Positions 34,455-43,793 of a stretch of DNA of 56,805 nt are shown here, one piece after another. The DNA comes from a virus. Lineage: Duplodnaviria > Caudoviricetes. Position numbers and translations under genes: made by a program. The stretch is from positions 1-56,805 of the IMG/VR virus record IMGVR_UViG_3300011432_000003; one strand, given 5' to 3'. Below the pieces are notes generated by a model. The model did not search any database and was not told the DNA's origin. It saw only the letters and a program-made list of their open reading frames with translations. The stretch's first letter is position 1. Each line of letters begins with the position of its first letter.

Positions 34455-34521
34455 CGTGAGAACCTCGAGCGTGAGAGTGTATGGAGAAGCTAACCGTCCT
34501 TGCGCGATCGCACAAGGGGCC
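34452..34521 (-). promoter_or_regulatory. Hairpin-promoter/RBS cassette, copy 9
   Basis: Reverse complement CC-TTGTGC-GATC-GCGCAA-GG, 17-bp spacer, TAGCTT, then ACACTCTCACGCTCGAGGTTCTCACG-ATG. Confidence 0.85.
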
Positions 34522-34582
34522 GCGGGAACGCCGGCGCGAGCTCCATTTTCAGCGGGCATTTTGCCGGAGCGTCCTCGAGGCA

Positions 34583-34780
34583 ATGGGCCGGGCCGCCGTC
34601 GCCGGCGATCAGGCCGCGCGCGACTTCCTGACGGATTGCGCCGTGCTCGAGCAGCTCGAGGGCACCGCGACACGGCCGGCCGGGCGCATCGTCGCCGGGA
34701 TGGATCCGGACGCCGTCGAGTATCATCTCGAGCACGTCGACGTCCGCCGGCGGACTGGCCGAAAACGCCGCGGACGCTAA
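34583..34780 (+). CDS. Possible small hypothetical protein
   Basis: GAGG before ATG 34583; codon usage plausible; start and strand uncertain. Confidence 0.35.
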   Translation: MGRAAVAGDQAARDFLTDCAVLEQLEGTATRPAGRIVAGMDPDAVEYHLEHVDVRRRTGRKRRGR

Positions 34781-34932
34781 TCTTCCGCTCGATCCCTCGA
34801 CCTAACTCCATGCAGCACACGAGCACACTCGCACGAGCACGGCAGCCGCGGACGACGCGCGCGAGCCGGAATGTCCGTCCCGTTCGCCGGCAATCCTGCT
34901 CGATCCCGTCCTGACGCCGCGGCCGCGACGCT

Positions 34933-35640
34933 ATGCCTCGACCGGCGCACCGGCCGTCCAAGATCACCGCGGATCTCGTCGAACGGATCGCCGCCTCGAT
35001 CCGCGGGGGAGCCTACAAAGAGACGGCGAGCGCACTCGTCGACGTGCACCGGGACACGTTGAACGAATGGCTCCGCCGCGGGGCGAAGGAAAAAGAGCGA
35101 GTTAAGTCCTTATGGGCCAAGGGAGAACGCCGCGCGCGCGTCCATGCCGGCGAATCCTTGTACGTCCGGTTATCCGACGCAGTCGAAAAGGCTCTTGCGG
35201 AAGCCGACGAGCGAGATCTCGGGCACGTCGACGCCGGCGCGCGCGGCGGGCAGCCGGTCGTCGTCCGCACGACGCGCACGCGATCGCAGCCGGTGATCGA
35301 CGACAAGGGGAAGCCGGTCACGAAGCGGAACGGGAAGCCGATCCTCATCGTCGAGACGATCGTCGAGGAACGCACGACGGCGACGGCGCCGAGCTGGCAG
35401 GCGGCCGCATGGAAGCTCGAGCGGCGGAACCCGCGGCTCTACGGCCGCCGGACGTATGCCGAAGTCACGGGCCGGGACGGGCAGGATCTCATCCCGCTAA
35501 CCGCGATCCGGGCCGCGCTCGCGGCGAATGACGAGATCGAAGACGCCGAATGGGAAGAGCTCGAGGAACCGGCCGGCCTGCTCGGTCCCGGTGCCGGCGA
35601 AGGTGATCCCGGCACGCCGGCGCCGGACTTCCCGGAGTGA
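34933..35640 (+). CDS. terS: Terminase small subunit
   Basis: RPSKIT + HTH (ETASALVDVHRDTLNEWL), WQAAAWKLERR, EVTGRDG; directly upstream of TerL. Confidence 0.8.
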   Translation: MPRPAHRPSKITADLVERIAASIRGGAYKETASALVDVHRDTLNEWLRRGAKEKERVKSLWAKGERRARVHAGESLYVRLSDAVEKALAEADERDLGHVDAGARGGQPVVVRTTRTRSQPVIDDKGKPVTKRNGKPILIVETIVEERTTATAPSWQAAAWKLERRNPRLYGRRTYAEVTGRDGQDLIPLTAIRAALAANDEIEDAEWEELEEPAGLLGPGAGEGDPGTPAPDFPE

Positions 35641-37169
35641 CGGCGACAAACGGCGCGCCGCGGCCGCCGACGAACGCCGAGATAAAGCGATGGCTCGCGG
35701 ATCCCGTCGAGTATTCCCGCCGGTTCCTGCGTCACCGCTCATGGTCCATGCAGCGCGACGTTATGCGCTCGGTGCAGACGCAGCGGCGGACGGCCGTTAA
35801 GGGGTGTCACGCCTCGAGTAAGACGTTCACCGCGGCCGACGTCGTGCTCTGGTGGATCACGCACGATCCGCGCGCGGTCGTCGTCACGACGGCGCCGACG
35901 TGGAAGCAGGTACTTCTCACGATGTGGGGCGAGATCGGGAAGGCGATCGCGAGCTCGATCGTCGCCTATCCGGCACCGGGCCGCGCGCAGCTCTGGCTCG
36001 CACGCGCCGGCGTCCGCGGGGCCGCCTTCGATAACTTCGCGATCGGCCTCTCGACGAATGAGGCGGATCGGTTCCAAGGCCTGCCGCGACTGAAGACGCT
36101 AATCGTCATCGACGAGGCGCCGGGCGTGAAGCCGCCGATCTGGACAGCGATCGAGGGCATCCGGGCCGGCGGCGACGTGCGCGTGCTCGCGCTCGGGAAT
36201 CCGACGTACGCCGGCGGCCCGTTCTATGAGGCCTTCACGTCTAACCGGATGGGCTGGTCGACGTTCACGGTCGACGCGCTCGATACGCCGAACACGCGGC
36301 CGCTCGGCCGGACGGTCGAGGAACGCCTCGACGTGATCGTGCGCGCGTACGATGAAGGCGACGGCGCGCTGCTCGATGGGGACGTCGTCCCGTATCTCGT
36401 CGGCCGCCGGTGGATCGGCGAGAAGTTCAAAGAGTGGGGGCCGGACTCGCCGCAATGGGAAGCGCGCGTGCGCGGGACGTTTCCCACATACAGCGAGGTA
36501 TCCGTCTATCCGCTCGCGTGGCTCGAGCGCGCCGAGCAGCTCGAGCTCGAGGATCTCGAGGCGGACGATCTCGCCGCGACGCTCTCGGCCGATTTCGACG
36601 TCGGGATCGATCCGGCGGGACCGGGCCGGGCCGAGTGCGCCGTCACGATCGCGCAGCGCTCACACGTCGTCGCACAAAAGTTTTTCGCACAAGCGGATCC
36701 GCGCGGCCCGGTCGCGGAATTCCTCGCGCACTTTCGCTCGAGGATTCGCCGGCTCAAGATCGATACGAGCGGGATCGGGTACTTTTTCGCGACGCACTTC
36801 CGGGATATGGGATACGAAGTGCACATGATTAACGCCGAAGGGAATCCCGTTTTCGACTTCCCGGATCGGAGCGGCCGCCGGAAGTTTGCGAACCGGAAGG
36901 CGGAGACGTATTGGCACACGCGGCAGCTCTTCGAAGCCGATCAGATCACCGGCCTTAAGGATCCGAAGACGATTACGCAGCTCTCGCTCATACACTGGCA
37001 ACCCGACTCGGCCGGCCGTATCATGATTGAGCCAAAAGAGAAGGCGCAGGCCGAGCGGGGCATGCCGTCTCCCGATCGCGCCGAGTCTTTGATTCTGGCG
37101 CTCGCGCCGGTCCGGGATCTCCCGGCGGACGACGAGCTGCCGCCGTCGACAGTGTACCGGAGTTTCTGA
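35637..37169 (+). CDS. terL: Terminase large subunit
   Basis: Walker A-like GCHASSKT, TAPTWKQV, Walker B IVIDEA, LGNP, nuclease GIDPA...IDTSGIG...SPDRAE. Confidence 0.93.
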   Translation: MTATNGAPRPPTNAEIKRWLADPVEYSRRFLRHRSWSMQRDVMRSVQTQRRTAVKGCHASSKTFTAADVVLWWITHDPRAVVVTTAPTWKQVLLTMWGEIGKAIASSIVAYPAPGRAQLWLARAGVRGAAFDNFAIGLSTNEADRFQGLPRLKTLIVIDEAPGVKPPIWTAIEGIRAGGDVRVLALGNPTYAGGPFYEAFTSNRMGWSTFTVDALDTPNTRPLGRTVEERLDVIVRAYDEGDGALLDGDVVPYLVGRRWIGEKFKEWGPDSPQWEARVRGTFPTYSEVSVYPLAWLERAEQLELEDLEADDLAATLSADFDVGIDPAGPGRAECAVTIAQRSHVVAQKFFAQADPRGPVAEFLAHFRSRIRRLKIDTSGIGYFFATHFRDMGYEVHMINAEGNPVFDFPDRSGRRKFANRKAETYWHTRQLFEADQITGLKDPKTITQLSLIHWQPDSAGRIMIEPKEKAQAERGMPSPDRAESLILALAPVRDLPADDELPPSTVYRSF

Positions 37170-37172
37170 GTC

Positions 37173-39035
37173 GTGACGCTTCCCGCTGCCGCGACGCCGT
37201 CGCCGACGTCGGCCATGAATGCAAGCCGCGGATCCGTGCACCGGCCGCCGGCGGATCCGGCCGAGTGGACTTTGAACGACGCGCAGGGAGTCGTCGCCGC
37301 GCAGACGCCGCAATGGATCCCGACGGCGCGCCTCTTCGTCGTCGACGGCGATCACTGGCAGAACGGAACCGGATGGATCGGGCCGATGCCGCTTCCCGGA
37401 TCCGAAGGCTACGCCGAGACGGCGCTACTCATCCGGAACGGCTTCACCTTCCGGAACGCGCTCGCCGAAGTGTCGAAGCGGTATACGAACGGCGTCGTCG
37501 GGACGGAAGCCGATTGGAGCCTGACGCCGGCGCGCGCGATGGAAGCGGACGATGACGAGCCGAATCCGGCCGAGCAGGCGCTCATCGATGAAGCAGAGGC
37601 CGCGCTTACGGGCTGGTGGGACCGGGACAAGATCGGCGCGCTCTTTTGGGCCTTCGCCTATCAAATGGCGTGGGGCCAGCGCTCGGCGATGCGGCTCTTC
37701 CTCTCGCGCTCGGCCTTCGTCGACGTCGGGACGGATCCGCCGACGGATACGACGGCGCCGGCGAGCGACGATGCGAACGGCGCCGAGCCGGCACCGAAGC
37801 AGCGCGCCGTCCCGAAGCAGGCGACGCTCGAGGATGCGCTGCGTCTAATCCTGCTCGACGTGCCGAAGGTCGAGAACGCGGCCGTTTACATGGATCCGGA
37901 CACGCATCGCGAGGTCGGGGTCTATCTCTTCAAGACGGCCGACGGGAACGACGCCGCGGAGATCTCATACGTCGACGCCGCAAAGGTCGTGATCCGGACG
38001 CTCGGCGGCGCGACGCCGACGACGGTCGAGGTCGATCTCGGCGGCCACTTGCCGCATTATCAGGTGATCCGGCAGACGCGGCTCTTAACCGATGCCGCTT
38101 TCTCGCTGCAGCGGGCGCTCAACCTCGCGCTTTCGGTCGTGCCGCGGACGATCACGACGGCCGGCTTTCTCGAGCGCGTCCTGCTCAATGCGAAGCTGCC
38201 CGGAAAGTGGATCGAGCAAGGCGGCAAAAAGACGTGGCAGCCGGAGCCGAATCTCGGCTTTGGGCCGGGCGCGACGGCGTCGCTCCAAGGCGTCGAGTTT
38301 ACCGATGAGCAGGGGAAAAAGGTCGTCAAGGATCCCGGCGTACAGTATCGGCCGCCGGTCGACGCCGGCCCGTCCGTCGACGCCGCCGAGAAGATTTACG
38401 GCGCGCTGCTCGCCGAAGTCGGGCAGGCGCATATCATGCTCTCGAGCGAGGCCTCGCCGAGCGGCCGCTCGAGACGGGAAGCGCGCGCGGATTACGAGAG
38501 CTCGCTCGAGGAAGCGGTGCATCCGATCGAGAACGCCGGCCGCTGGCTGCTCGGCGCCGTGCTCTCGCTCGCCGAGTACCTCATGCAGACGCCGGGCCGG
38601 TATACGGAGCCGCTGCGCGTCGTCTTCAACATCATACCGGACGCCGGGCCGCTCGCGTCAGAGGATCGGCAGCAGAACCTCGCCGAATGGGAGAAAGGCG
38701 CACGGTCGCTCGAGTCGGTTATGCTCGGCGCCGGCCTCAAGGATCCGGACGCCGAGCAGACGCGCATCTCGCAAGAGCGCGGCGCGCGGCTCGATCTGCT
38801 CCGGCGTCAGGCGGAAGTCGCGCAGTTATGGATCGATCTCGGCGCGTCCGTCGCACTCGTCGGCGAGCTCGTCGGCCTCGATGATGACGTCGTCGAGCAG
38901 CTCGAGAAGGATCGTAAATTGCAAGAGCCCAAGGGGACCGAAGAGAACACGGATCCCGCAGGGGGGAGCAATGGCGATCCGCAAGCAGGCGATCCGGCCG
39001 GTGGCGATCCCGCCGACGAAGGCGCCGCCTCGTGA
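37173..39035 (+). CDS. Portal protein
   Basis: 620 aa directly after TerL; GDHWQNGTGWIGP; acidic C-terminal tail. Confidence 0.8.
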   Translation: MTLPAAATPSPTSAMNASRGSVHRPPADPAEWTLNDAQGVVAAQTPQWIPTARLFVVDGDHWQNGTGWIGPMPLPGSEGYAETALLIRNGFTFRNALAEVSKRYTNGVVGTEADWSLTPARAMEADDDEPNPAEQALIDEAEAALTGWWDRDKIGALFWAFAYQMAWGQRSAMRLFLSRSAFVDVGTDPPTDTTAPASDDANGAEPAPKQRAVPKQATLEDALRLILLDVPKVENAAVYMDPDTHREVGVYLFKTADGNDAAEISYVDAAKVVIRTLGGATPTTVEVDLGGHLPHYQVIRQTRLLTDAAFSLQRALNLALSVVPRTITTAGFLERVLLNAKLPGKWIEQGGKKTWQPEPNLGFGPGATASLQGVEFTDEQGKKVVKDPGVQYRPPVDAGPSVDAAEKIYGALLAEVGQAHIMLSSEASPSGRSRREARADYESSLEEAVHPIENAGRWLLGAVLSLAEYLMQTPGRYTEPLRVVFNIIPDAGPLASEDRQQNLAEWEKGARSLESVMLGAGLKDPDAEQTRISQERGARLDLLRRQAEVAQLWIDLGASVALVGELVGLDDDVVEQLEKDRKLQEPKGTEENTDPAGGSNGDPQAGDPAGGDPADEGAAS

Positions 39036-39180
39036 GCAACTCCGATCGTGGAGCGCCGCAGAGATCGCGCGTCGATCACTCGTGACGGATAGCGATCTCG
39101 CACGCGCGCGCGGCGCATGGCAGCGTCACGCGGACGGCGTCTTTCGGACACTACTCGACGCCGACGAACGGCGGCCGTGA
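38971..39180 (+). CDS. Small hypothetical protein overlapping the portal 3' end
   Basis: GGGGGGAG RBS before ATG 38971; WSAAEIARRSLVTDSDLARARGAW...LLDA. Confidence 0.55.
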   Translation: MAIRKQAIRPVAIPPTKAPPREQLRSWSAAEIARRSLVTDSDLARARGAWQRHADGVFRTLLDADERRP

Positions 39181-39341
39181 ACGTCAATCTCGAGAAGGCA
39201 CTCGTCGAGAACGTCGACGCCGAGATTCTCGACGCCGAGCGCCGCGCAGCGTCGGCGCTCGCGTCGTACGTGTCGGCGAGGCAGGAGAAAACACGGCTCG
39301 AGGCGATCCGGGACGTACAGCAGGCAATGAGCAAGGCGTAA
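39177..39341 (+). CDS. Small hypothetical protein
   Basis: GTGA overlap; helical. Confidence 0.5.
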   Translation: MNVNLEKALVENVDAEILDAERRAASALASYVSARQEKTRLEAIRDVQQAMSKA

Positions 39342-39345
39342 ACGC

Positions 39346-39984
39346 GTGCCGATCGCACGCCGGCCGTTTCTCTCCGCCTTCGAATGGGACGCGAAGAGCT
39401 CGCAATACCGCTCCAAAGTGTCGGGCCGTTTCGTCTCGAGGGACGTCATCCGCGGATCCCTCGAGCGCGCGCTTAACCGGGCGAAGCGGGAGATCGATCT
39501 CACGGGCGCGAACCTGCAGAACGGGCTAATTAGTGTCGACCAATGGCGGGAGCAGATGGCGACGCACGTCAAGTCGACGCACCTTTACTCGGCCGCGATT
39601 CCGCGCGGCGGATGGGCGCAACTCACGTCGGCGGACTTCGGGCGCGTCGGGCGGCTCGTGCGCTTTCAGTACGAGCGGCTCAATAAGTTTGCGCTCGAGC
39701 TGGCCGCCGGAAAGAAAACGGACGGATCTTTTCGGATGCGCGCGCGGATGTATGCCGGCGCGAGCATGCAGATGTATCACGAGAGCGAGCGCGTCGAGAT
39801 GAAGGACGTCCAAGGGATGACACACGAGCGGAACGTGCGGACGCGCGGCGATAGCTGCGACGGCTGCGTGCACGAGTCATCTCGAGGATGGGTGCCGATC
39901 GGGAAGCTCCGGCCGATCGGGACGCGGACGTGCCTCACAAATTGCCGGTGTCACATACGCTATCGATCGGGAGACTCGAGATGA
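39346..39984 (+). CDS. Minor head/head morphogenesis protein (MuF-like C-terminus)
   Basis: GRFVS; CDGC...PIGTRTCLTNCRC; follows the portal. Confidence 0.7.
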   Translation: MPIARRPFLSAFEWDAKSSQYRSKVSGRFVSRDVIRGSLERALNRAKREIDLTGANLQNGLISVDQWREQMATHVKSTHLYSAAIPRGGWAQLTSADFGRVGRLVRFQYERLNKFALELAAGKKTDGSFRMRARMYAGASMQMYHESERVEMKDVQGMTHERNVRTRGDSCDGCVHESSRGWVPIGKLRPIGTRTCLTNCRCHIRYRSGDSR

Positions 39985-40295
39985 GACTGCGCGAGATTGT
40001 CGTCGACGTTCTCGAGGACGGGCCGCGGCTCATTCTCAATGCGACCGGGGACGGCGGGCACGTGTGGCTCGAGTGTCCGCATTGCATCCTCGCCGGCGTG
40101 CCGGACGTCGAGCGTCCGCGCGTCCGGCTGCCGTTCGAACGGGGCAAGGGCAAAAGCTCGCCGGTCGTGTGGGGATGGAACGGCGAGGCGGATCTCGAGA
40201 AGGTGACATTCACGCCGAGCGTACATATTCTCGGCGGACACTGGCACGGGCACGTCATCAACGGCGAAGTCACGCAGCCGTCGAATACCAACTAA
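39981..40295 (+). CDS. Zn-binding DUF6527-like protein
   Basis: CPHC...WGWNG...TFTPSV...HWHGHVINGE. Confidence 0.65.
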   Translation: MRLREIVVDVLEDGPRLILNATGDGGHVWLECPHCILAGVPDVERPRVRLPFERGKGKSSPVVWGWNGEADLEKVTFTPSVHILGGHWHGHVINGEVTQPSNTN

Positions 40296-40310
40296 CGGGG
40301 GAGTCGACCA

Positions 40311-40526
40311 ATGTTGAACGCCTTCCGGGAATCTCTCGCTCGCATCGTCGAGCTCATGATCGGCGTCGCCGCCGGCGTCTTCCTCGTCGGGCAGCTCGCC
40401 GATCCGCCGCGGACGGAATTCTCGAGTCTCGGTGTCGTCGTCGTGATCGCCGGCGTGACGGTCGTCGGCGCCGTGCTCGCCGCCGCGATCCATACGAGCC
40501 GGATCGGCCGGCCGCCGGCGGCGTGA
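40311..40526 (+). CDS. Small 2-TM membrane protein
   Basis: GGGGGAG RBS; two hydrophobic helices. Confidence 0.6.
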   Translation: MLNAFRESLARIVELMIGVAAGVFLVGQLADPPRTEFSSLGVVVVIAGVTVVGAVLAAAIHTSRIGRPPAA

Positions 40527-40771
40527 TCCTCGTCACTGGCGAGCGGCGCGTCCGCGACTGGCGAGAGCTCGAGCGGCAGATCGTGATCGGCCGGCAGCCG
40601 CCGCGGCGCTTCGCCGCGCTCCCGATCGCCGAGCAGGCGCACGTCGTCGCCTTCCTCGCCGGGCAGGCCTTCCGGAAGGCGGAAGAGGACCGGCGCGCGG
40701 AGCGGCTGCTCGAGACGCCTCGAGGCCGGCGCGTCGTCGCGGATCTCGCGCTCGAGGCGCTCGAGCGATGA
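40523..40771 (+). CDS. Hypothetical protein
   Basis: GTGA/ATGA overlaps. Confidence 0.5.
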   Translation: MILVTGERRVRDWRELERQIVIGRQPPRRFAALPIAEQAHVVAFLAGQAFRKAEEDRRAERLLETPRGRRVVADLALEALER

Positions 40772-41016
40772 CGCCGCGGCCGTTCACGTGGTATACGATC
40801 CCGGCCGGCACGAAGCCTCGACCATGCCGCGGCAGCTCGTGCGAGGCGATGATCTTCGACATTCCGAGCGAGAAAACGCCGGGCGCGAAGATCCCGATCT
40901 CGATCGAGCCCGAAGGCGCATACGCGCCGACGTCGACGGATACCGGATCCGGCGTGAATCACTTCCAAGATTGCCCGGACGCCGACGAATTCACGGCCGC
41001 ACGCCGGAAGCGGTAA
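40768..41016 (+). CDS. Small Zn-binding phage protein
   Basis: CRGSSCEAMI...KIPI...NHFQDCPDADEF. Confidence 0.7.
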   Translation: MTPRPFTWYTIPAGTKPRPCRGSSCEAMIFDIPSEKTPGAKIPISIEPEGAYAPTSTDTGSGVNHFQDCPDADEFTAARRKR

Positions 41017-41129
41017 GTCCTTCCCGTCTGGCCGATTCGGCTCTAATTGCTTAGGTTGTCGGCCGTGAGCCGGCGCCGGCACTCACGGCCGATGCCTCGA
41101 CCGATCCGTATCGACCGAGCCATTCCGTC

Positions 41130-41981
41130 ATGACATTTCTCCGCCGCGGCCGCCGCTTTCTCGATCCGAACACGCAACCGGGCACGGGCTCGGGTACTCC
41201 GGATCCGTCACCGGGGCCGCGGCCGGCGCCGGTTCCCGGCACGACGACGCGACTCCCGGCGAACGTGGAGCCGGAATTTCAAACGCTCGTCACGCGCGCC
41301 GGGAACGCCGAAGCGGCCGCGCGAAGTCTCTTCGACGAGAATTACCGGCTCCGCCGGCGCGTCCGCGATCAGAAAAAGGCGCTCGAGGCGTACGAGACGC
41401 GCAACCCGCAGGGCTCCATCGTGCTACACGGTGAGCAGCTCGCCGAGTACAACGCACTAAAGACGCTCGGGAAGCCGGCCGAGCTGAAGGCGAAGCTCGA
41501 CGAGGCGACGAAGACGGCGACGGAGCTCGCCGCGGCGAAGGTGAAGGACGCGCGCGCGAAGGCGGCCGGCCTTATGAAGTGGGGCGCCGCGACGCTGGCC
41601 GATCGTCTCGTCGCGGATCCGCGCGATCTCGAGATTCGGAATGAGACGGGCAGCGACGGGAAGCCGCGCGAGGTCGTGTACGCGCGGAAGCCGGGCGATC
41701 CTAACGCGACGTGGGAGACGCTCGAGACGGTCGCTAACCGCGATTGGACAAAGGAACATCTCGCCGCACTAAAGGCGGGCGCCGCGGGTACGAATGGCGC
41801 CGGCGCTGCAGCGGGTAACGGTCAACCGGCGTCGTACGTTACATTCCCGGATAACGGCGGGGGCAACGGCAGCAGCGGCTCCGGCTCGATCCTCGAGAGC
41901 TTCACGAAGTCTCGCGCCGAAGCGGCGCGCGCAGTGACAAACCCGTTGCAGCCGCAAGGCGCGCGCACCGGAACGAAGTAG
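41130..41981 (+). CDS. Capsid scaffolding protein
   Basis: Pro/Gly-rich N-terminus, coiled coil, Gly-rich C-terminus; upstream of the capsid genes. Confidence 0.7.
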   Translation: MTFLRRGRRFLDPNTQPGTGSGTPDPSPGPRPAPVPGTTTRLPANVEPEFQTLVTRAGNAEAAARSLFDENYRLRRRVRDQKKALEAYETRNPQGSIVLHGEQLAEYNALKTLGKPAELKAKLDEATKTATELAAAKVKDARAKAAGLMKWGAATLADRLVADPRDLEIRNETGSDGKPREVVYARKPGDPNATWETLETVANRDWTKEHLAALKAGAAGTNGAGAAAGNGQPASYVTFPDNGGGNGSSGSGSILESFTKSRAEAARAVTNPLQPQGARTGTK

Positions 41982-42011
41982 GCTCACCCTACCAGTAACA
42001 CGGGGTTACGC

Positions 42012-42458
42012 ATGCCGCGGACAGAATACACGAACATGCTCCCGAATTTCATCGCGGATCCGGGCTTTATGCGCCGGCATCCTTCGGGGCGTCAAGTCAA
42101 GTGGGCCGCCGTCTCTGAAGATTTCATAGACGAGGCGACGGGGAAAAAGCGGCTCAAGGCCGGGCAAGTGGTGAGCGAGCTCGCCGACGGATCCGTGATC
42201 GAGTACGGCGGAACCGATGCGAGCGCGTCACCGGACGAAACGCCGACGACGGCCGTCGGCCTGCTCGCCAGCGAAGCGAACGAAGACGCACCGGCGGAAG
42301 CGCTTTCCGGGTACGGCATTATCACCGGCGGCGTCGTGTGGGAGAACCTGCTTCCGAATGCGGAAGCCGGAGAGCTGCCGGCGGGCACGAAGACGGCGCT
42401 CACGAACGGCGGCGCCGCTTTCCAGTATCACACGTACGAGGACGATCGCGCCGTATAG
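42012..42458 (+). CDS. Head decoration/minor capsid protein
   Basis: GKKRLKAGQV...GLL...LP; between scaffold and MCP. Confidence 0.7.
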   Translation: MPRTEYTNMLPNFIADPGFMRRHPSGRQVKWAAVSEDFIDEATGKKRLKAGQVVSELADGSVIEYGGTDASASPDETPTTAVGLLASEANEDAPAEALSGYGIITGGVVWENLLPNAEAGELPAGTKTALTNGGAAFQYHTYEDDRAV

Positions 42459-42601
42459 GCGCTCGCGCGGCCGCGTCCCAAGGGGCGCGCGGCTCACTGT
42501 GGGACGGCGCCGGCATCCTCTGACGATGCCGGCGATCGGAAGGTGAGACGAACGGCTGCCCAAGGGCGCAGCGCAACCCAAGCACAACGGGATCCGCCTC
42601 A

Positions 42602-43708
42602 ATGTTCATCAATTTTGCGGCACTCATCGCCGCGCTCGGGCCGGGCGCCGCGGCCGTCATCGCGAATCGCGCGCGCGCGCCGGGGAGTTACCTCTTCAAC
42701 ACGTTGCTGCCCGAAGAAACGCGTTTCGGGTACAGCGTGCAGTCCGGGAATATCACGATCCGGGCCACGATGGCCGGCCTCGTCGGTATGGATTCGCCGT
42801 ATCCGCCGGGCGGCGCGATCGGCTCAACGTCCCTGCAGGAGCAGACGGCGAAGATCGCGAATGAGATTCCGATCAATGAGCAGACGATGCGCACACTTCA
42901 GGAGATGATGCTGCGTCTCCAAGTGTCGCAGGCGCCGACGAACGACGTCGTCCTTCGGCAGCTCTTGAATTTCGTCGCGAAAGTCATCGTGCAGCCGCAT
43001 CTCGATACGGCCGAGTGGATGCGCGGCCGCGCGCTGCAGACGGGCCGCCTCGACTGGGTAATGAACGGGATCACGCTCGCCGTCGATTACGGCGTGCCGA
43101 CGGGGAATATCCTCACGGTGCGCTCGGGGAACGACGCGTACGGCGGCTCGGCGTCCAAGTTCCACACGGACGTACGCGAGGCACGCCGGATCCTGAAGCG
43201 GATCCGCGCGATCATCGCGCATCCGACGACGATCGACGAGATCCGATACAACACGGTGAACAACCTCGTGACGATCGGCGAGTCGGAAGGCACCGTGACG
43301 CTCCGCCGGGTCACGTCGGACGGGATCTTTACGAATGACTCGCAGGACGTAATTACGATGATTCCGTATGATCTCGAGGCCGAAGTTCTCGATCCGGCCG
43401 CTCCGGCGACGCCGCAGAAACTCCCGTTCATGGATCCGGGGAAGCTGCTTTTCGTGGCGCCGAACACGGTCGACGGCTTCGCCGTCAACGTGGACGAAGG
43501 GAGCACGGAAGATCCGAATCGGGCGAACCGGCTCGGGTATACGCACGTCGCACCGACGGTCGAAGGCGGCGGGATTCCGGGCCGATGGGCCGATCTCTTC
43601 ACGCCGCAGCACGAGCCGTATAAGGTGATCGGTCGAGGCGTCACGAACCTGCTCCCGGTCCTCGAGGCCGCGGATAAGATCGTCGTCGCCGAGACAGATC
43701 TCGCGTAA
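42602..43708 (+). CDS. Major capsid protein (lambda gpE-like/HK97 fold)
   Basis: 368 aa; EWMRGRALQTG...VDYGVP; position; followed by a terminator hairpin. Confidence 0.85.
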   Translation: MFINFAALIAALGPGAAAVIANRARAPGSYLFNTLLPEETRFGYSVQSGNITIRATMAGLVGMDSPYPPGGAIGSTSLQEQTAKIANEIPINEQTMRTLQEMMLRLQVSQAPTNDVVLRQLLNFVAKVIVQPHLDTAEWMRGRALQTGRLDWVMNGITLAVDYGVPTGNILTVRSGNDAYGGSASKFHTDVREARRILKRIRAIIAHPTTIDEIRYNTVNNLVTIGESEGTVTLRRVTSDGIFTNDSQDVITMIPYDLEAEVLDPAAPATPQKLPFMDPGKLLFVAPNTVDGFAVNVDEGSTEDPNRANRLGYTHVAPTVEGGGIPGRWADLFTPQHEPYKVIGRGVTNLLPVLEAADKIVVAETDLA

Positions 43709-43729
43709 GGCAGGACGCACACGGATAGG

Positions 43730-43775
43730 GTGAGCCGGCTCGTCGGAATCCGCCGGGCCGGCTCGCTTCACTTTC
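43730..43775 (+). terminator. Terminator-like hairpin after MCP
   Basis: GTGAGCCGGCTCG...CGGGCCGGCTCGC followed by TTCACTTT. Confidence 0.6.
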
Positions 43776-43793
43776 TCACCGTCGGGAGCTGCG

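Noticed and set aside
8791-34521. Palindromic repeats as a CRISPR array or integron attC sites
   Set aside because: Spacing is hundreds to thousands of bp and filled by whole genes; no cas or integron integrase is present; the repeats have -35/-10/RBS geometry rather than attC R-box structure.
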